A DNA stretch of 34,231 nt from Trypethelium eluteriae (taxonomy: Eukaryota): positions 1 through 34,231 of the forward strand of contig JAVECL010000233.1 in assembly GCA_051942245.1 (NCBI GenBank). The letters are read 5' to 3'. Both the position numbers and the translations under genes were made by a program. Of the stretch, positions 10,602 to 23,141 are shown piece after piece (the first letter of the stretch is position 1; each line of letters begins with the position of its first letter). Under the pieces are notes generated by a model. It worked only from the letters and a program-made list of their open reading frames with translations. It was not told the origin of the DNA and did not search any database.

Positions 10602-12041
10602 ATGCATTTCTCCAAGCATATTGCGGCCTTTGGGGCTTTCCTTAGCTTTACAGCAGCTCAAACAGCAATCACCATCGATGCTGGAACAGTATTGCAAGAC
10701 ATTGCTGGCTTCGGTTTCTCTCAAGCTTTTGGTCGTGCTACCGAGTTCAAGAACGCAGCGGCCGGCATTCAGAAGCAAGCCTTAGACTACCTCTTCAGTA
10801 CCTCCACCGGCGCCGGCTTCAGTATCATTCGCAATCGCATTGGATCAGGGGGCTCGGGGGACAGTATCGAACCTAACAGCCCCGGCTCTCCATCCAGTGC
10901 TCCAAGTTATGTCTGGGACAATAACGACAGCGGGCAGGTCTGGTTCAGCCAGCAAGCACGCAGCTATGGCGTCAACACCATCTACGCCGACGCTTGGAGT
11001 GCGCCAGGCTTCATGAAGACCTCTGGTTCCGACGCCACTCCAGGTTATTTATGCGGCACCACAGGCCACACCTGCTCAACCGGAGACTGGCGGCAAGCAT
11101 ACGCCAACTTCCTCGTCAAATACGTGCAATTCTACGACGCCGCGGGCATCCCAATCACACATCTTGGCTTCCTCAATGAGCCGGATTTCTCACCGGGGTA
11201 CTCCCAAATGCAGATCAGCAGCAACGCACAAGAAGCTATCTCATTCATCCCTATCCTCTCCGCTGCCGTCAAAGCTGCGGGTCTAAGCAACGTCACACTC
11301 ACCTGCTGCGACGCCGTCGGATGGGGTGCGTAACGCCGTCCTTTCCCGCGTCCCCCCGCCCCTCTAACTAACAACCTCGCAGGCACCACCGCAACCTACA
11401 TCCCAAATCTCGTCAACGCAGGCTCAACATCATATCTCGGCGTCATCACCAGCCATTCCTACTCCGCAGACGCCACGACCAACCTCGCAGGCACCAGCCT
11501 CCCAAAATGGAACACCGAGGGCGGCCCCTCCTCCGCCTTCACAACCACCTGGTACGCGTCCGGCGCCGACAACGAGGGCTTCACCTGGGCGAACAAGCTC
11601 GCCGTCGCAATGGTGAACGCACGTCTCGGCGCCTATCTCTTCTGGGAGGGCTTTGAGCTCCGACAGACGCAGTCAGGCAGCCATCTCGTCGACACAACGG
11701 ACGGCGTGAATGCCACGCCCAGTGGCATCTTCTGGGCATTTGCCATGTGGAGTCGGTATATTCGGCCGGGGGCGAAGGCGATTGCGGCGACGGGGAGTCC
11801 GAGCGGGATGCTGACGGGGGCGGCGAGGAATGCGGATGGGAGCACGGTGGTGGTGCTGACGAATAGTGGGACGGCGAGTCAGAGTGTGAAGTTGGGGTTT
11901 GAGGGGTTTACCCCGAAGACTTCGAGTGCATGGGTGACGAATCAGGGGAGTACGTTTAAGACTACGACGGCGGCGTTGAGTGGTGGAGCGGTGACGGTGA
12001 GCGTGCCGAGTAAGGGCGTGGTGACGGTGCGGTTGACGTAA
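10602..12041 (+). CDS. Secreted GH30 (subfamily 7-like) xylanase/glucuronoxylanase; exons 10602-11325, 11383-12041
   Basis: Signal peptide; GFGFSQAFGRA, GAGFSIIRNRIGS, YADAWSAPGFMKT, GDWRQAYANFLV, LGFLNEPD (acid/base), KWNTEG (nucleophile), WSRYIRPGA. Intron GTGCGT..ACTAAC..CAG. Confidence 0.93.
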
Positions 12042-12420
12042 GGAGTGTATTGTAGGACTTGAGGATTCAGGTTGGATTGGAGGTAGATATTGCAAAGTAT
12101 CAACACATCTCCTTGGACTCGATCTTCCACTCGCGTGAGCTTTTTACTCTGTCGGGCTTCCTCTGATTCAGCATCTGCCGTATCTCAAAAAGACCCACTT
12201 CTTGCTATCATAACAGAAGTATTCGCGCACTTGATCAATCTCGCCCTGCGCGGAGGCGCTCTTTCTTGTGGGCTTGAATCGAAAATAGCTCGTGTATTGA
12301 TTTTTAACGGTCCGGAAGATCTTGATCACGGTACGCTCCCGCAGCTGTGCTCTGCAAGTTCGACGTGCAAAGAACGAAAATCCGGCACCTATGTAGGAGT
12401 AAAGATTCTCTAGCGCATTA

Positions 12421-13882
12421 TCATACATCATTACTCTCGACATTGATGTCTCGTCGGACATTAATTTTGGCTGACAATGTAGGGTTTTCGTTCTCGTCAG
12501 GTTTGTCGCCTGTCTGGATGATAATGGTACTAGTGCCACGCGTATTCACCACTGCTTGCCAGGAAGACCTTTGAGTGTCTGGTAAACGCCTAAAGGCCCG
12601 AGAACTAATATCTACCCCTGGATGTCTAGAGGGATCAGATTCGTGCTTCATTAGGATCCTTGAACGATTTCGCAATCTCGAAATGAGATCTCGCGCCGGG
12701 TTGATTATGACGACTTCCGCAGCTGGGCGCATGGTCGGGATACAAGCGCAAATTATACCTGTCGATGCTTCGATGCTTGCCCAGACATAGTCGTTGTAGA
12801 GTACCCCTAGAAAAACAGCAATCCGTCAGTTGTCATCTATCATTGAAACTGCAAGATGACAGAAGTTTACCTACAAGTTATATCTCCCCATTGTAGAAAG
12901 GGATATACTAACCGCACAATGCCAGCGGCGCAGACACTGAGGTGATTGAAGACCAGTTAGGAACAATGAATCAAGCTGCTAAAGAGCTGGATGCTGCGAG
13001 TACTCACAAGGCTCCCACAGCGAAGATACCGGAAACCGAAGCTTTCCGCGTCCATGCAATCCGCAAATTCCAGATCTGAATTATTGGAATAGCAAGCAGA
13101 GCGAAATCAGTAATGGTGTTCGATATCGTGGTAGCCATATAGTATCGTCCAATATCGAGACATTTGCCGGAAATCGATCTATCCCACAAAGCCCGTAATG
13201 GCTGGTATGATAACTTGTGTCAGTTTCTCTGGTCCAAGTAAGAATCATGTATCTTCAGCTTACAATGCACAAGAAGAAGTCCATAGGGACTAAGATAGCC
13301 CATGATAGAAATACTATGACAGCGATGAAGTATACCATGACAGCAATATGTCTCACTGGGAAGATCTGTAGGAAAAACATAATTATGGATGCTTTTATAA
13401 CGGTTGTCGTGGTGTGGAAAAGCATGGTCCCGGCCCACATTGTCTAGCTTCATGTCAGTGCTTTCCATTGTGATCTTTACAGAAGCGGATAGCGGAGGCA
13501 GGCACCTTGAGAAACTTGGGTATGGACGGCGGAGGTACCACTTCAATATGTCTGCCTAAGCCGTATCGCTCCACTATGCAAGTCAGACACTTTCATAGAA
13601 CCCCAAGATATTTTCGATCGCGTACTGCAAGGCTTTCCCAAGATGATGAAGAAGGAGAAGGAGCATACTTTCAATAATTATAACCGCACAACTCCATGCT
13701 AGGACCAATCCCACGAGGATAAGGTAATCATGAGCAGCCAGCGGAAACTTCTTGAGCCTTCTCGAGTAGATGCGGGCTATGACGGAAATTGTAGCTGCAA
13801 CAGCAATAGGTATAACAACATGCGAAGCTGGAGGGCTGCGGACATCATGGATATTCGTGGACGGAGGATTTAATTCAGTCAT
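12421..13882 (-). CDS. PTH11-like (non-CFEM, fungal rhodopsin-domain) integral membrane protein; exons 13882-13669, 13573-13506, 13443-13264, 13201-13008, 12936-12875, 12806-12421
   Basis: Spliced protein has ARIYSRR..AHDYLIL, YGLGRHI, IKASIIMFFLQIF, C.PLRALWD..ISGKC, NTITDFALLAIPI..IWNL, WASIEASTGIICACIPTMRP. One donor is weak (GTGCCT). Confidence 0.9.
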
Positions 13883-14050
13883 AGCTCCTAGGCTTGACAC
13901 TGACGGACGTATTACCTGCAATACCGTAAGTAAGGGTAGATGAACCTCTGCGATAGGCTTACATAGTCTAGTTCATCAATCGAAACCGTCAAAACATTAC
14001 TATATTCAAGATTAAAGGACTAGCGCGAAGAGAAGCGTTTGTGGTCGACA

Positions 14051-14130
14051 GATGACTGGAGATGGAGAGCGATTGCAGGTGATGACTCGAGGTGGAAAGC
14101 GATTGCAGGTAGTGACTGAGCAGGGAGCGC
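14051..14130. repeat. 30-bp tandem repeat, ~2.5 copies
   Basis: gatgactggagatggagagcgattgcaggt / gatgactcgaggtggaaagcgattgcaggt / agtgactgagcagggagcgc. Confidence 0.8.
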
Positions 14131-16804
14131 ATAAATGATTTTGGCAAATGCAGCCGACACCGTACTCTAAATAATCTAGTCGCCAAACATGCAGAAAAAT
14201 CAAAGACTGGAACCAACACAGAAATGATCCCGAAGCGGATGGCCATGCCAGACGTGTAATACATTGCTTTGCAAATGGCGTAAGATCGCCGCCATCTGAT
14301 CAGAATCGCTCGCTGGAATAGGGATCGGCAGGGTTACCAACTCCAAGCTAGAGACCATATGAGGCGGGAGTTGTCATGGGGCCGGGGATACGTGTCAGTT
14401 CCGGAATGCCGGCTCTATTAAGTGACCCAGCATGCAACACTGTTGGTTGCCTGAGTCTCGAAGGCGACCTCTTCGCTAGGACATAGAGTAGCACGATAGG
14501 AACTTCAAGTCAGGTATCCACCATATAGCGGGCGGGACGACTGGCTCAGCTTTACTCTGTGCTGTGCTGGATTGGCGGGAACTGCCCGGATGCGCCTACG
14601 CGAACTACGATATCGTAAGGTTCCGACCAGAGGGGTTCCACGTCGTTCAACCTCGCCAACGATTTTAATTCGATGACGCTCGACTCCAGAGGGCTACAAA
14701 GGATGTATCTCTTGAATGTCAGAGCACATAGGCACCTTGGGCATACGTTGAACCGGGCGGTGAGACTTCGGATGTCGGAATCCATCCCGACGTCACTTCT
14801 AGATACCTACTGACATTCGGGGCGGCACGAACGGAAGAAATAGATGTGACCTGAGCATTGGCATTAAGTATGGACCGTTTCTAGGTTATTGTCCCCTTTA
14901 CTCGGTACCGACTGGCACTTACTTTGAGAGCCCCCGATATCTACATCTGTATGGGAATGAAGGTATCGGAGATGGTAAAAAGATTGATTTAACCTCAGAC
15001 GCTCCATGCCAACAGACTTAGCACTTTACTCTTAACCTCAAAAGTTGCGCTAATATCCTGCACAACGGCGTTACAATGCAAAGTGGCTCGACGACAGTTC
15101 CGACAAGCATGGGTCAAGCGGCCTCTAAATCTTTCGTGCTTTCCTCTCGCTTTTATACGTGCCAAGAGCGGTGAAGACAGTGCTCGGATCTCTGATCGAC
15201 TCCAGCATTCCCAGAATGGGAATTCAGATGCCTAGACCAGCCTGAATCACCAACTATTTCTGGCGGTGTTAGGTTCGTTTGTCAGAGACGGGATGCACAG
15301 GCCAAGAAACCCATCAGAATATAAAATCATTTGGTGTGCCTTTTCGCGATCCAATCTCCATGCAGCCCCCAGAAGATAGGCTCGATTCTACCAAGTCTTG
15401 TCAGTGAAGGTCTGAAGGGGCACAAATACTTGAATTGTTCGTCCAGACTTCGTTGGTGCCTATCTGGCTTTCACGACGTTTCAAATGTTCAGACACACTG
15501 CGACACCAATCCCATATGTATGTATGCCTCGACGCTTACTACGTTTGACGGTCATCATTCCATCGGCTATGGAACCATTGTTGTAAAGAATGCTAATCAT
15601 GCAAACTTCGGTATCCCTTGTCTCCTGCTACTGTGTAAATTATGCATTTAGAAAAAACATTCACCATAAAATCAAGGAGTCGAGCCCGGCATCGTCATCG
15701 TAGCTTTGAACAGTAAGTCGCAAACGTGGCAAAAAATTGGAATGAATGATCTGTCCCAAAGCCCACCGAGTCTGCACCTGTACCGATGGCCTACGACTGC
15801 TGTGTCCTCATGCACATATAAGTGACACGCACTATTGGCAAAAGATTTGACGTGACGGTCGACCGATTGCTTTAGATTGAAGAGTCACTTCACACGCAGT
15901 CCATTTTTCTTACTCAGTCTATAAGAGAGTCTCAACGAGAGAAGCTTTGATTTATTACGTCGTTCTTGGACTCGTGGCATCTTCTCAGGGCTGAAATATT
16001 TACACAATAAATTATGGCTGGTACAGTAAGACGATGTTACTGTACTGAGGAGGCTGTTGGCAGAGTTTGGGAAAACTGGTTACGAAAGGACTGTGAAGTC
16101 ACAGGCGGAATCTTTTGGTTTTGAGTCATACGTGGAAGCGTAAGGTAGGTGATTCGCAAATGCTATAGAAGCTACCGTGGTCAAAAGCCAGATTTCAGTT
16201 TGAATGCCATTTCTACGCAGAGCCACAGCATAGCAGCTTTGCTATGAGTATGAAGTCAAGACGTATGTCTACTCCGAAGATGTCCGAAGTCACTTCCAAC
16301 TTTCTCTGCAGAAGAAGAATATGTGATGCACGTGTCGTGGCTATGAAAGCCGTGCGCTGGCTCAGTTCACCCTTCTGACCTTGTGTGCTACTTGACGGTG
16401 ACACAAAACCTACCTAGGCTTCAGGTGAAATCGTGAGTAAAATCTGGCGCATGGGCGATGCACTGAGAGAAATCTCTCACAGACCTGAGCGGACTGCGCC
16501 TCGCCAATCCCGCTCCATATCACCATTTTGGGTACGTTATCGTCGTCATATCACAATTTAGCACGGAAAGCGCAGCCAGGATTTTGTCCCACGAACTATC
16601 AAGGTATATCTCATTGTGGCGTTTGCCCTTTATACGATCTGGTCTATACCGCTCACCTCATTCCTACTTTCAGTGCCTTTCCCGCACTACCTACAAGCTC
16701 CAAATTTTTTTCACATCCCACTGATTCCTACTCGATTACATCGTTGGCTCAGCTTCAAGCATTAACAAGGGCGGACTCAACCCGTATCTCGCGATACAGG
16801 CAAA

Positions 16805-17647
16805 ATGCTTAACGAAGATAGTCCACCACCATACCCAGGCCCACCAAGCGCCGAGAGCCCCCGTCCCTTAGCAGATACAGAGAGCACGCAGTTGAGGAAT
16901 GAAAAAGACCCGAGGAGATCGCAAGAGAGCTTTGACTCGCGACATCACTGCGATGCCTCCAGTACCTTGAAACCCGGACCCTCAAGACTACGAGCCTCGA
17001 GCGCACCTGGCTCAGACTTCCACCGAGGGTCTTTTCGGGCCACTTCTCCATCCGTCCGCGCCCAAGCCAGCGCCACTCCTCCCAAGCTCACCTTCCAGGC
17101 CTACAACACCAAAGTGTGGTTCGGCCGCACCGTCGACATCACCATCAACGGCAAAACCGACGTCGCCTTTCATGTCACCTACGCCCGTTCTGGGTTGTTC
17201 ACCTCCAAACCCGACCTTACTATCCAGCGCGCGTCTACTACAGGCCCCATTATCGCGACCGCGTACATGCGCTCTAGCAGGCTGCGGCAAATCGCAGAGC
17301 TGCTGTTTCCCGAGACTGGCGACAGAGTCATCATTGATCGGGTCAGTTTGTGAACGCGGGCGAGCACTCTGATGCTGCAGGGCGGCATGTTTGAGTGGAA
17401 GGGGACGCACCATCACGGCACGTCGATTTGGTCGAGTAGCTTGAAGCTGGTGGATACGCATGACACGATCATTGCCGTGTATGGGGATAAGTCATACAAA
17501 AGCTTCAGGAAGCAGGCGACGATCAGTATTAAGGTGCCCGGGCTGAGCGATGCCATGATTGAAGGAATTGTGTGCAGTGCCCTGGTGATTGCTGAGAGGG
17601 AAAGGCGACAACAAGCTACTGCGGCAGCAGGGATGGCGACCATCTAA
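16805..17647 (+). CDS. DUF6593/LURP-one(Tubby C)-like fungal protein interrupted by one in-frame TGA (17351-17353); either a nonsense allele or a 39-nt intron (17342-17380)
   Basis: ORFs 16805-17353 and 17372-17647 are in the same frame. N-terminal PPPY/low-complexity region, then SKPDLTIQR..GPIIATA, FEWKGT, LKLVD..IAVY, IVCSALVIAERERR. Confidence 0.65.
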
Positions 17648-17721
17648 ATTGTATAGTAGAGTACACCCGAGGGTGTAATGATGTCTGCGGGGTACATCGT
17701 ATGCTGGCGCGCTCCAACTGT

Positions 17722-19115
17722 TTACGTTCCAGAGGCGACGAAACTTGCAAGACTCCCAAAAGCGAGACCGGCAACAAGGCACAAGCCCATGAAGCCACCC
17801 GCAGCTTCACGTTCCTGTGGCTCCACCCATTCTCCTGCACCCATCATACTGGTACTCCCAACAAAGCCATTAGTCAGACCGAAGAAGAACTGGACAATCC
17901 CAAGATAGAACGCGTCGCTCTTCACAACTGCTCCATTGCCATCCAGATTGCACAGCAAATAGAGCGGCACAAAACCTGACCTAGCTATAGCCAGCACGAG
18001 TAGAATCCGTGGTCGCTGTGTGAGGGAAAGACCTGGAAAGCCCGTGATGAGCCGACCAAAGAGATCTCCAGAGTTCCAGAAAAGAAAGCCCAGAGGGATG
18101 AAAGCCGCCGGCCGGAAGATACGAGGGAGATTAGTTGAAGACCGGACGCTAACGATCCGCTGTGTGTAGACTGGGAACGTCATGGCGAGAGCAAAGGTGA
18201 TGAAGACGCTGCTGGCGAGGTATCGAAGCTTCCATGCCAACACCGAGAAGGGAACTGGTTTCCTCTCGGTCTCATCGTGTTCAATAGGAGTGTCTGAACT
18301 TGCGTCTTGGACGTCTTTCTTTAGGATTGATGCCTGCCGAGCTCGTAGATAGGAGAATGCCAGCAATGTGATCAAGGATATCCCAACAGCAGTGAGAAAG
18401 TATGCAAAAGCTGAATTGGATTGCCGGTGAGCAGTCTCTTGAGCATTAGCCTCCGTGTCAGGAACAGAGAGCACCGATCCGATTTGCGCGAGGCATGGAA
18501 GGACACCGGCCACTGCTTGTCCCGTCATGATCGCTTGTGTGTACTCTTCCCGTCCGAAAGCCTGCGCGTATGCAAAGATCCCGTTCTGGCAGAGTCCGGT
18601 GGCAAGACTTGTGGCGAACACCGCTATGATTATGAACGCAAAGTAACCACCAGCAGAGGTTCCAAGAAAGAGCTTTGTAGAAAGTGTCAAGGCAACAAAC
18701 GTAACGATATTGATGATTAGCGACGCAAGAACGCGCTTGGGGTATGAGGCGTTCTTTTGAAGTTTTTGTAGGACGAGCATAGAACCCAGGTTTGCGACGG
18801 TCGATACGGACAACTCGGCGGATTGGAAACTTCGCTGTATGGGTTCGCTCTCAGAAAATCGATACTTCAGGTACGGACCAGCAGCTAGAAACATGTTCCT
18901 AGTCAACGGTCAGCAAGGAGTACCGTAATACCATGTTTGACTATCACAAACCAAGCCCATAACATCGCAATCCCAACCAAAAAGAAGACACTGTATACAT
19001 TCCACGAGAAGATAGCTGTTCCGGCCTCGATCGGTTCGCCATCAGGACCTATTGAGCCGCCTTCAATAGGTTCATAGGATGGCTTTCGCCGTAATGCTTT
19101 GCGTATCCTCTCCAT
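17722..19115 (-). CDS. FUN26: Equilibrative nucleoside transporter (SLC29/Fun26-like); exons 19115-18952, 18898-17722
   Basis: VFFLVGIAMLWAW|NMFLAA, QAIMTGQAVAG, FWNSGDLFGR, FFGLTNG..S..MM, EREAAGGFMGLCLVAGL..GS; ~11 TM segments. Confidence 0.92.
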
Positions 19116-19946
19116 ATCGCCAAAAAGTGATTATCTGGCCTCCTTCGCAAACAAGGGTTAAATAGGATATTCTTAAAGATTTGGCCAGCTCACGGAAGCA
19201 TCGAGATAGAAAAGTCTGAACCCAAGCCCGACAGCATATCGAGCTCCAGTTGTCTTGTGTCTCTCTCGCGTGATGCTGATTGAAGCATGATACGACGGAG
19301 CTCGGTCTCGGTGTACAGATGACACCCACAGCCAGTGTCGTCACCACTAGTCCACTTACAGTAGTGCCACAACAGAACCTTAGGGTGCATGTAAGGTTGC
19401 TAAAGTCTCTTCCCCGACTCTTTACTGTACAGTGCAAACTCGCGAAAGACCCCGCAAGGCTTTCCTCCTTCATCAATTGATCCGTTCAAAGACTGGAAAT
19501 ATCGGCATACGTCTTCGATGCTCTGGCCGGTTGACTTAATCCCTCCATTCACACGCCACATCTCCACGTGCGATCCAAGCTAAATTGCACGGACGCGTAT
19601 CTAGGGAGTGCCGCCAAACTCCAGCAATATATGTAGGTAGATACGACACCTTTTCCGACCGCAATGCTCCCATATCGGCATCACTACTCCTTATGAATAT
19701 CGTCAAGGAATTCCCTCCGACCTGCCGGGATGTGACACCCTGAGTCGTCATCAGGAGCATGGCCCTGGAAGCAGGCATCAGCCTTAGCGCTGAGGCTGCT
19801 TCGAGCACAAAGCTCTCGTCGTATTCGTTCCTCTTAGCAGACCACGATTCAACTCGTAGTTCTACTGACCGCGCCTTGCACCTCTGAGAAAGCCAGATAC
19901 TAGAAATTCACTGCATCACCTCACCACAATATAGAAGCACACGACC

Positions 19947-20801
19947 ATGTCTACCAGTCAATCGAGCACTTACAAGCAGGGCCACTCCAGCTACACCGTC
20001 GCAAACCACCAGTTACGCACGGCCGAGTCAGATGCCGCTTTCCTCCTACCGCACATCAAGAAAACAGACCACATTCTCGATATCGGCTGCGGGCCCGGCA
20101 CCATCACCACCGGCCTAGCCCGATACGCCAGCGAAGGCACAACGGTAGGCATCGACCTCTCTGCGGAGGTCCTCCAGAAAGCGCAGAAGCTGGCCGCCGA
20201 AGCCAACCTACCGACGCAGGGGCCCGGCTCCGTCGTCTTCGTGCAAGGCAACGTCCTCGAGGGGCTCGCCTGCCCGAACAACACCTTCGACATCATCTTC
20301 TGCAGCCAGCTCTTCGGCCACCTGGTGCCCCCGCCCGACGTGCCGCTCCGCGCGCTGACCGAGATGCGCCGCGCCCTCAAGCCCGGCGGCGTCCTCGCCA
20401 ACCGCGACGCCGTCGCCCAGCACTTCTACCCGCAGAGCCTCGACCTCGATCGTCTGTGGGTGGGGAACCTGAGCCGGGCGTTGAGCAAGGGGTCGCCTTT
20501 CGCAGACGCCACGAGCCACATCATGCCGTCGCTGTTCCGCCGCGCGGGCTTTGATGCTGACGGTGGTAAGGTCCGTCTCGGTGCTGGGACGATGGTGTAT
20601 GCGGGCGAGGAGTCGAGGAAGTGGTTGGCTTGGCGCGCGACGGGACAGCTGCAGCCGGGAGATCCCTTTCGTCAGAGCTGGCTGGATGCTGGCATTTCGG
20701 AGAACGAGATTCAGGAGACGTTGCTTGCTATTAGGAAGTGGGCTGAGACGGAGGATGCTTGGTATGCGTCGCTGCAGTGTGAGATGCTTGCGTGGAAGTA
20801 G
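19947..20801 (+). CDS. Class I SAM-dependent methyltransferase (UbiE/Methyltransf_31-like), intronless
   Basis: RTAESDAAFLLPHI, ILDIGCGPGTIT, VGIDLS, FDIIFCSQLFGHL, ALTEMRRALKPGGVLA. Confidence 0.92.
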   Translation: MSTSQSSTYKQGHSSYTVANHQLRTAESDAAFLLPHIKKTDHILDIGCGPGTITTGLARYASEGTTVGIDLSAEVLQKAQKLAAEANLPTQGPGSVVFVQGNVLEGLACPNNTFDIIFCSQLFGHLVPPPDVPLRALTEMRRALKPGGVLANRDAVAQHFYPQSLDLDRLWVGNLSRALSKGSPFADATSHIMPSLFRRAGFDADGGKVRLGAGTMVYAGEESRKWLAWRATGQLQPGDPFRQSWLDAGISENEIQETLLAIRKWAETEDAWYASLQCEMLAWK

Positions 20802-21190
20802 GCGTGAGATGTACCTTTGTTGCTGCAAGTAAGAATTAGTTTGAGCGTATTCGAAATATAGGTAAACATCAGCTATAGGTTACATAGAACTGGAGTAGGT
20901 TGTGTGGGGAGAGGATGGTGATCACTGCCAGGATCTGCATCACGGAGAGTTTGCGCCACATAGATGCGGAGGTTACTATAGTTAATCTCCCAATTAGTAT
21001 AGGGGAGCTTCACACGACTATGCACTCATGTTGCCTCACTGTCGAAGGCTTCGAAATCACAATGTACACTCGAGTTTGCGGTAGTCATATGTACACGAGA
21101 ATCTGAGGGATTCTCCAAAGCAATGCTATGTACTCTACAGGGTATCGCTCTATTCTATCCAATGAACGCCAGCTATGCGAGTTGCCGTTT

Positions 21191-23141
21191 TTACGAAGGC
21201 CTCTTGAAAGGATGCGCTTCCGTGTTACTGCAAGTTAATGTCAGCAATACTATAGAGAGCTTGAAGGTCTGTGAAAGCATACAAAACATAATCGTCTAGA
21301 CTGACGAGATCCGGTTCTGCGAAGATAAGATAATAATACTTGAGTGTTTCGGCTGTCCAGAACGACTCCATACTATCAATTTTTCGTGGATGTGTGGATG
21401 TGACGTCCTCGATGCTGGCATGCTGACCGTCATGTCAGCTTTTGGTAGACTGAGAATGGGTCAAGAAAGCTTACTGCAACATCGGTCCGAGTATATCTGT
21501 TCACGGCCTGGAACATATCCCATGCCTTGTCCTGTAACGTCTTATCGCCCGTGATACGATACATAATGAAGACTGATTCAATGGCTTCCGGTCTGTCCAC
21601 ATGTTAGTAGCAACACTTAGGGGAGGACGTCAGAGCTCGTACCGAAGGATATATTTCCTTTCTCGAATCTCGGTGAAGCCAGGGAAGAGCCCCATCTCTT
21701 TAACAAACGTTTTAGCTCGCGTTAGAGGCGGATCCTCATCCTCATCCTCTTCGCGATAATGCATATCAGTCGCAATCCAATGATAGTACCGATCCAAACT
21801 GAATGTGCAGTCACCCGGGTCCAAGCAGGGAACAGCACGAAAGATTTCCGGCCCAATGCCTGTTGGCATGGCTTCGTACGACCAAATGCAGCCATCCGTC
21901 AACCTGCGAGCAGTATCCAACTCCTCAGGTCTATTGAAAACTTTTGCTCCAATACCAACCATACCTCCAACAAAGCACGTAAGATGCTGGCCCTCTGGAT
22001 CAAGCCGCTCGCTTTGAGTAGCAACGTCTCTCATCGTGCCGGAGACAAGGATATCCCGATTCTCCTCGTTTAGTGGTCGGAAAAAGATGTGCTTCTTTGC
22101 AGCTTTAATTGTTCCCTCATACATTTTTCGATATTGTTCACTCAAGCCTCCAACCAAGAGGTACTGCTTCGGGAAATATTCGTAGAGTGAGTCGGACATA
22201 GCTCCAAAGGTGAAAGTTGCGTCTTTTGTGAAGTCCATCTTTCGAGCATTGACCATTAAAGGCCACATGCCTGGGAGTCGGGTGTCATTTTGTTGTTCCG
22301 CAAGCCCATCGTAGATTCGCTGAACAGCATCAAAGTACTTTGGATCGCCAGTGAGCTGGGTAAGGCGAGTGAACTCCATAGAAAGGGAGCCGAGATCAGC
22401 AACTGGAACTGAAGTTCCAGCTTCTTGCTCCTCTCCAGACGTCGCCTTTTCCCACTCCCAGTACGTGATTGGCATCCTATTAGGTGTATCGAAAGCGGCA
22501 TATAAGAAATCGCCCAATTCCACCGCTTTCTTCAAGAGCACTGGATACTTGCCCCGACTGAGGTCGTAGGCGCCAAGAAGTCCTCCCACATAGCGAATCG
22601 TAGTTTCAAAAACGCTAATTACTTTACTATCTGAGGAGGTAAAGTCTATTTTCTCCACCGCTGCTACGGCAATGGCAAATTCCTTCTTCATACCCATTAT
22701 CCATAATGTATCCAAAGTGTCTATCAATGTTGCGCCCCAGCCCCCGAAGCCGTTCTTGTATTCCCCTGACAAAGGCGTAACCTCGTCTTGAAGCCACGCA
22801 TATTTTTGGTATCCCCGATAGCTATGGAGGAAGCTTTCGCGGATAGCTTCTAATCTTTCTTGTCTTTTGCGCTTCTCTGCCTTTGTCTCTTTACCAAATT
22901 TGTATTGTATGTTTGGTATTTTCGCAGGAGTACCGCTGGGCAAGGGTATCATCGATTCAACAGGGTAACGTTGCGGAACGGCATTCCAATCGATGCGATT
23001 CTTAATGATAGTTTGCGTTGCGGCGATGGGATCGGTCTGTGTCTGAAGAAGTCCTCCTCCTCCAGATATGCCATGAAAATGGTACAAACAGAAAAGGAGA
23101 GCGACTGCAACAAACACAATCCGCCTGCGGAAATATGCCAT
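21191..23141 (-). CDS. GH47 class I alpha-1,2-mannosidase (type II membrane); exons 23141-21643, 21592-21475, 21422-21283, 21227-21191
   Basis: N-terminal anchor [101 protein letters not shown]. Confidence 0.95.

Noticed and set aside
19768..19802. Hairpin gaagcag..tcagc/gctga..ctgcttc upstream of the methyltransferase
   Set aside because: A short isolated stem, within chance expectation for 34 kb.
20208..20828. Long antisense ORFs over the methyltransferase, GH30, GH71 and DUF6593-like genes
   Set aside because: Shadow ORFs caused by GC-rich codon bias of the sense gene.
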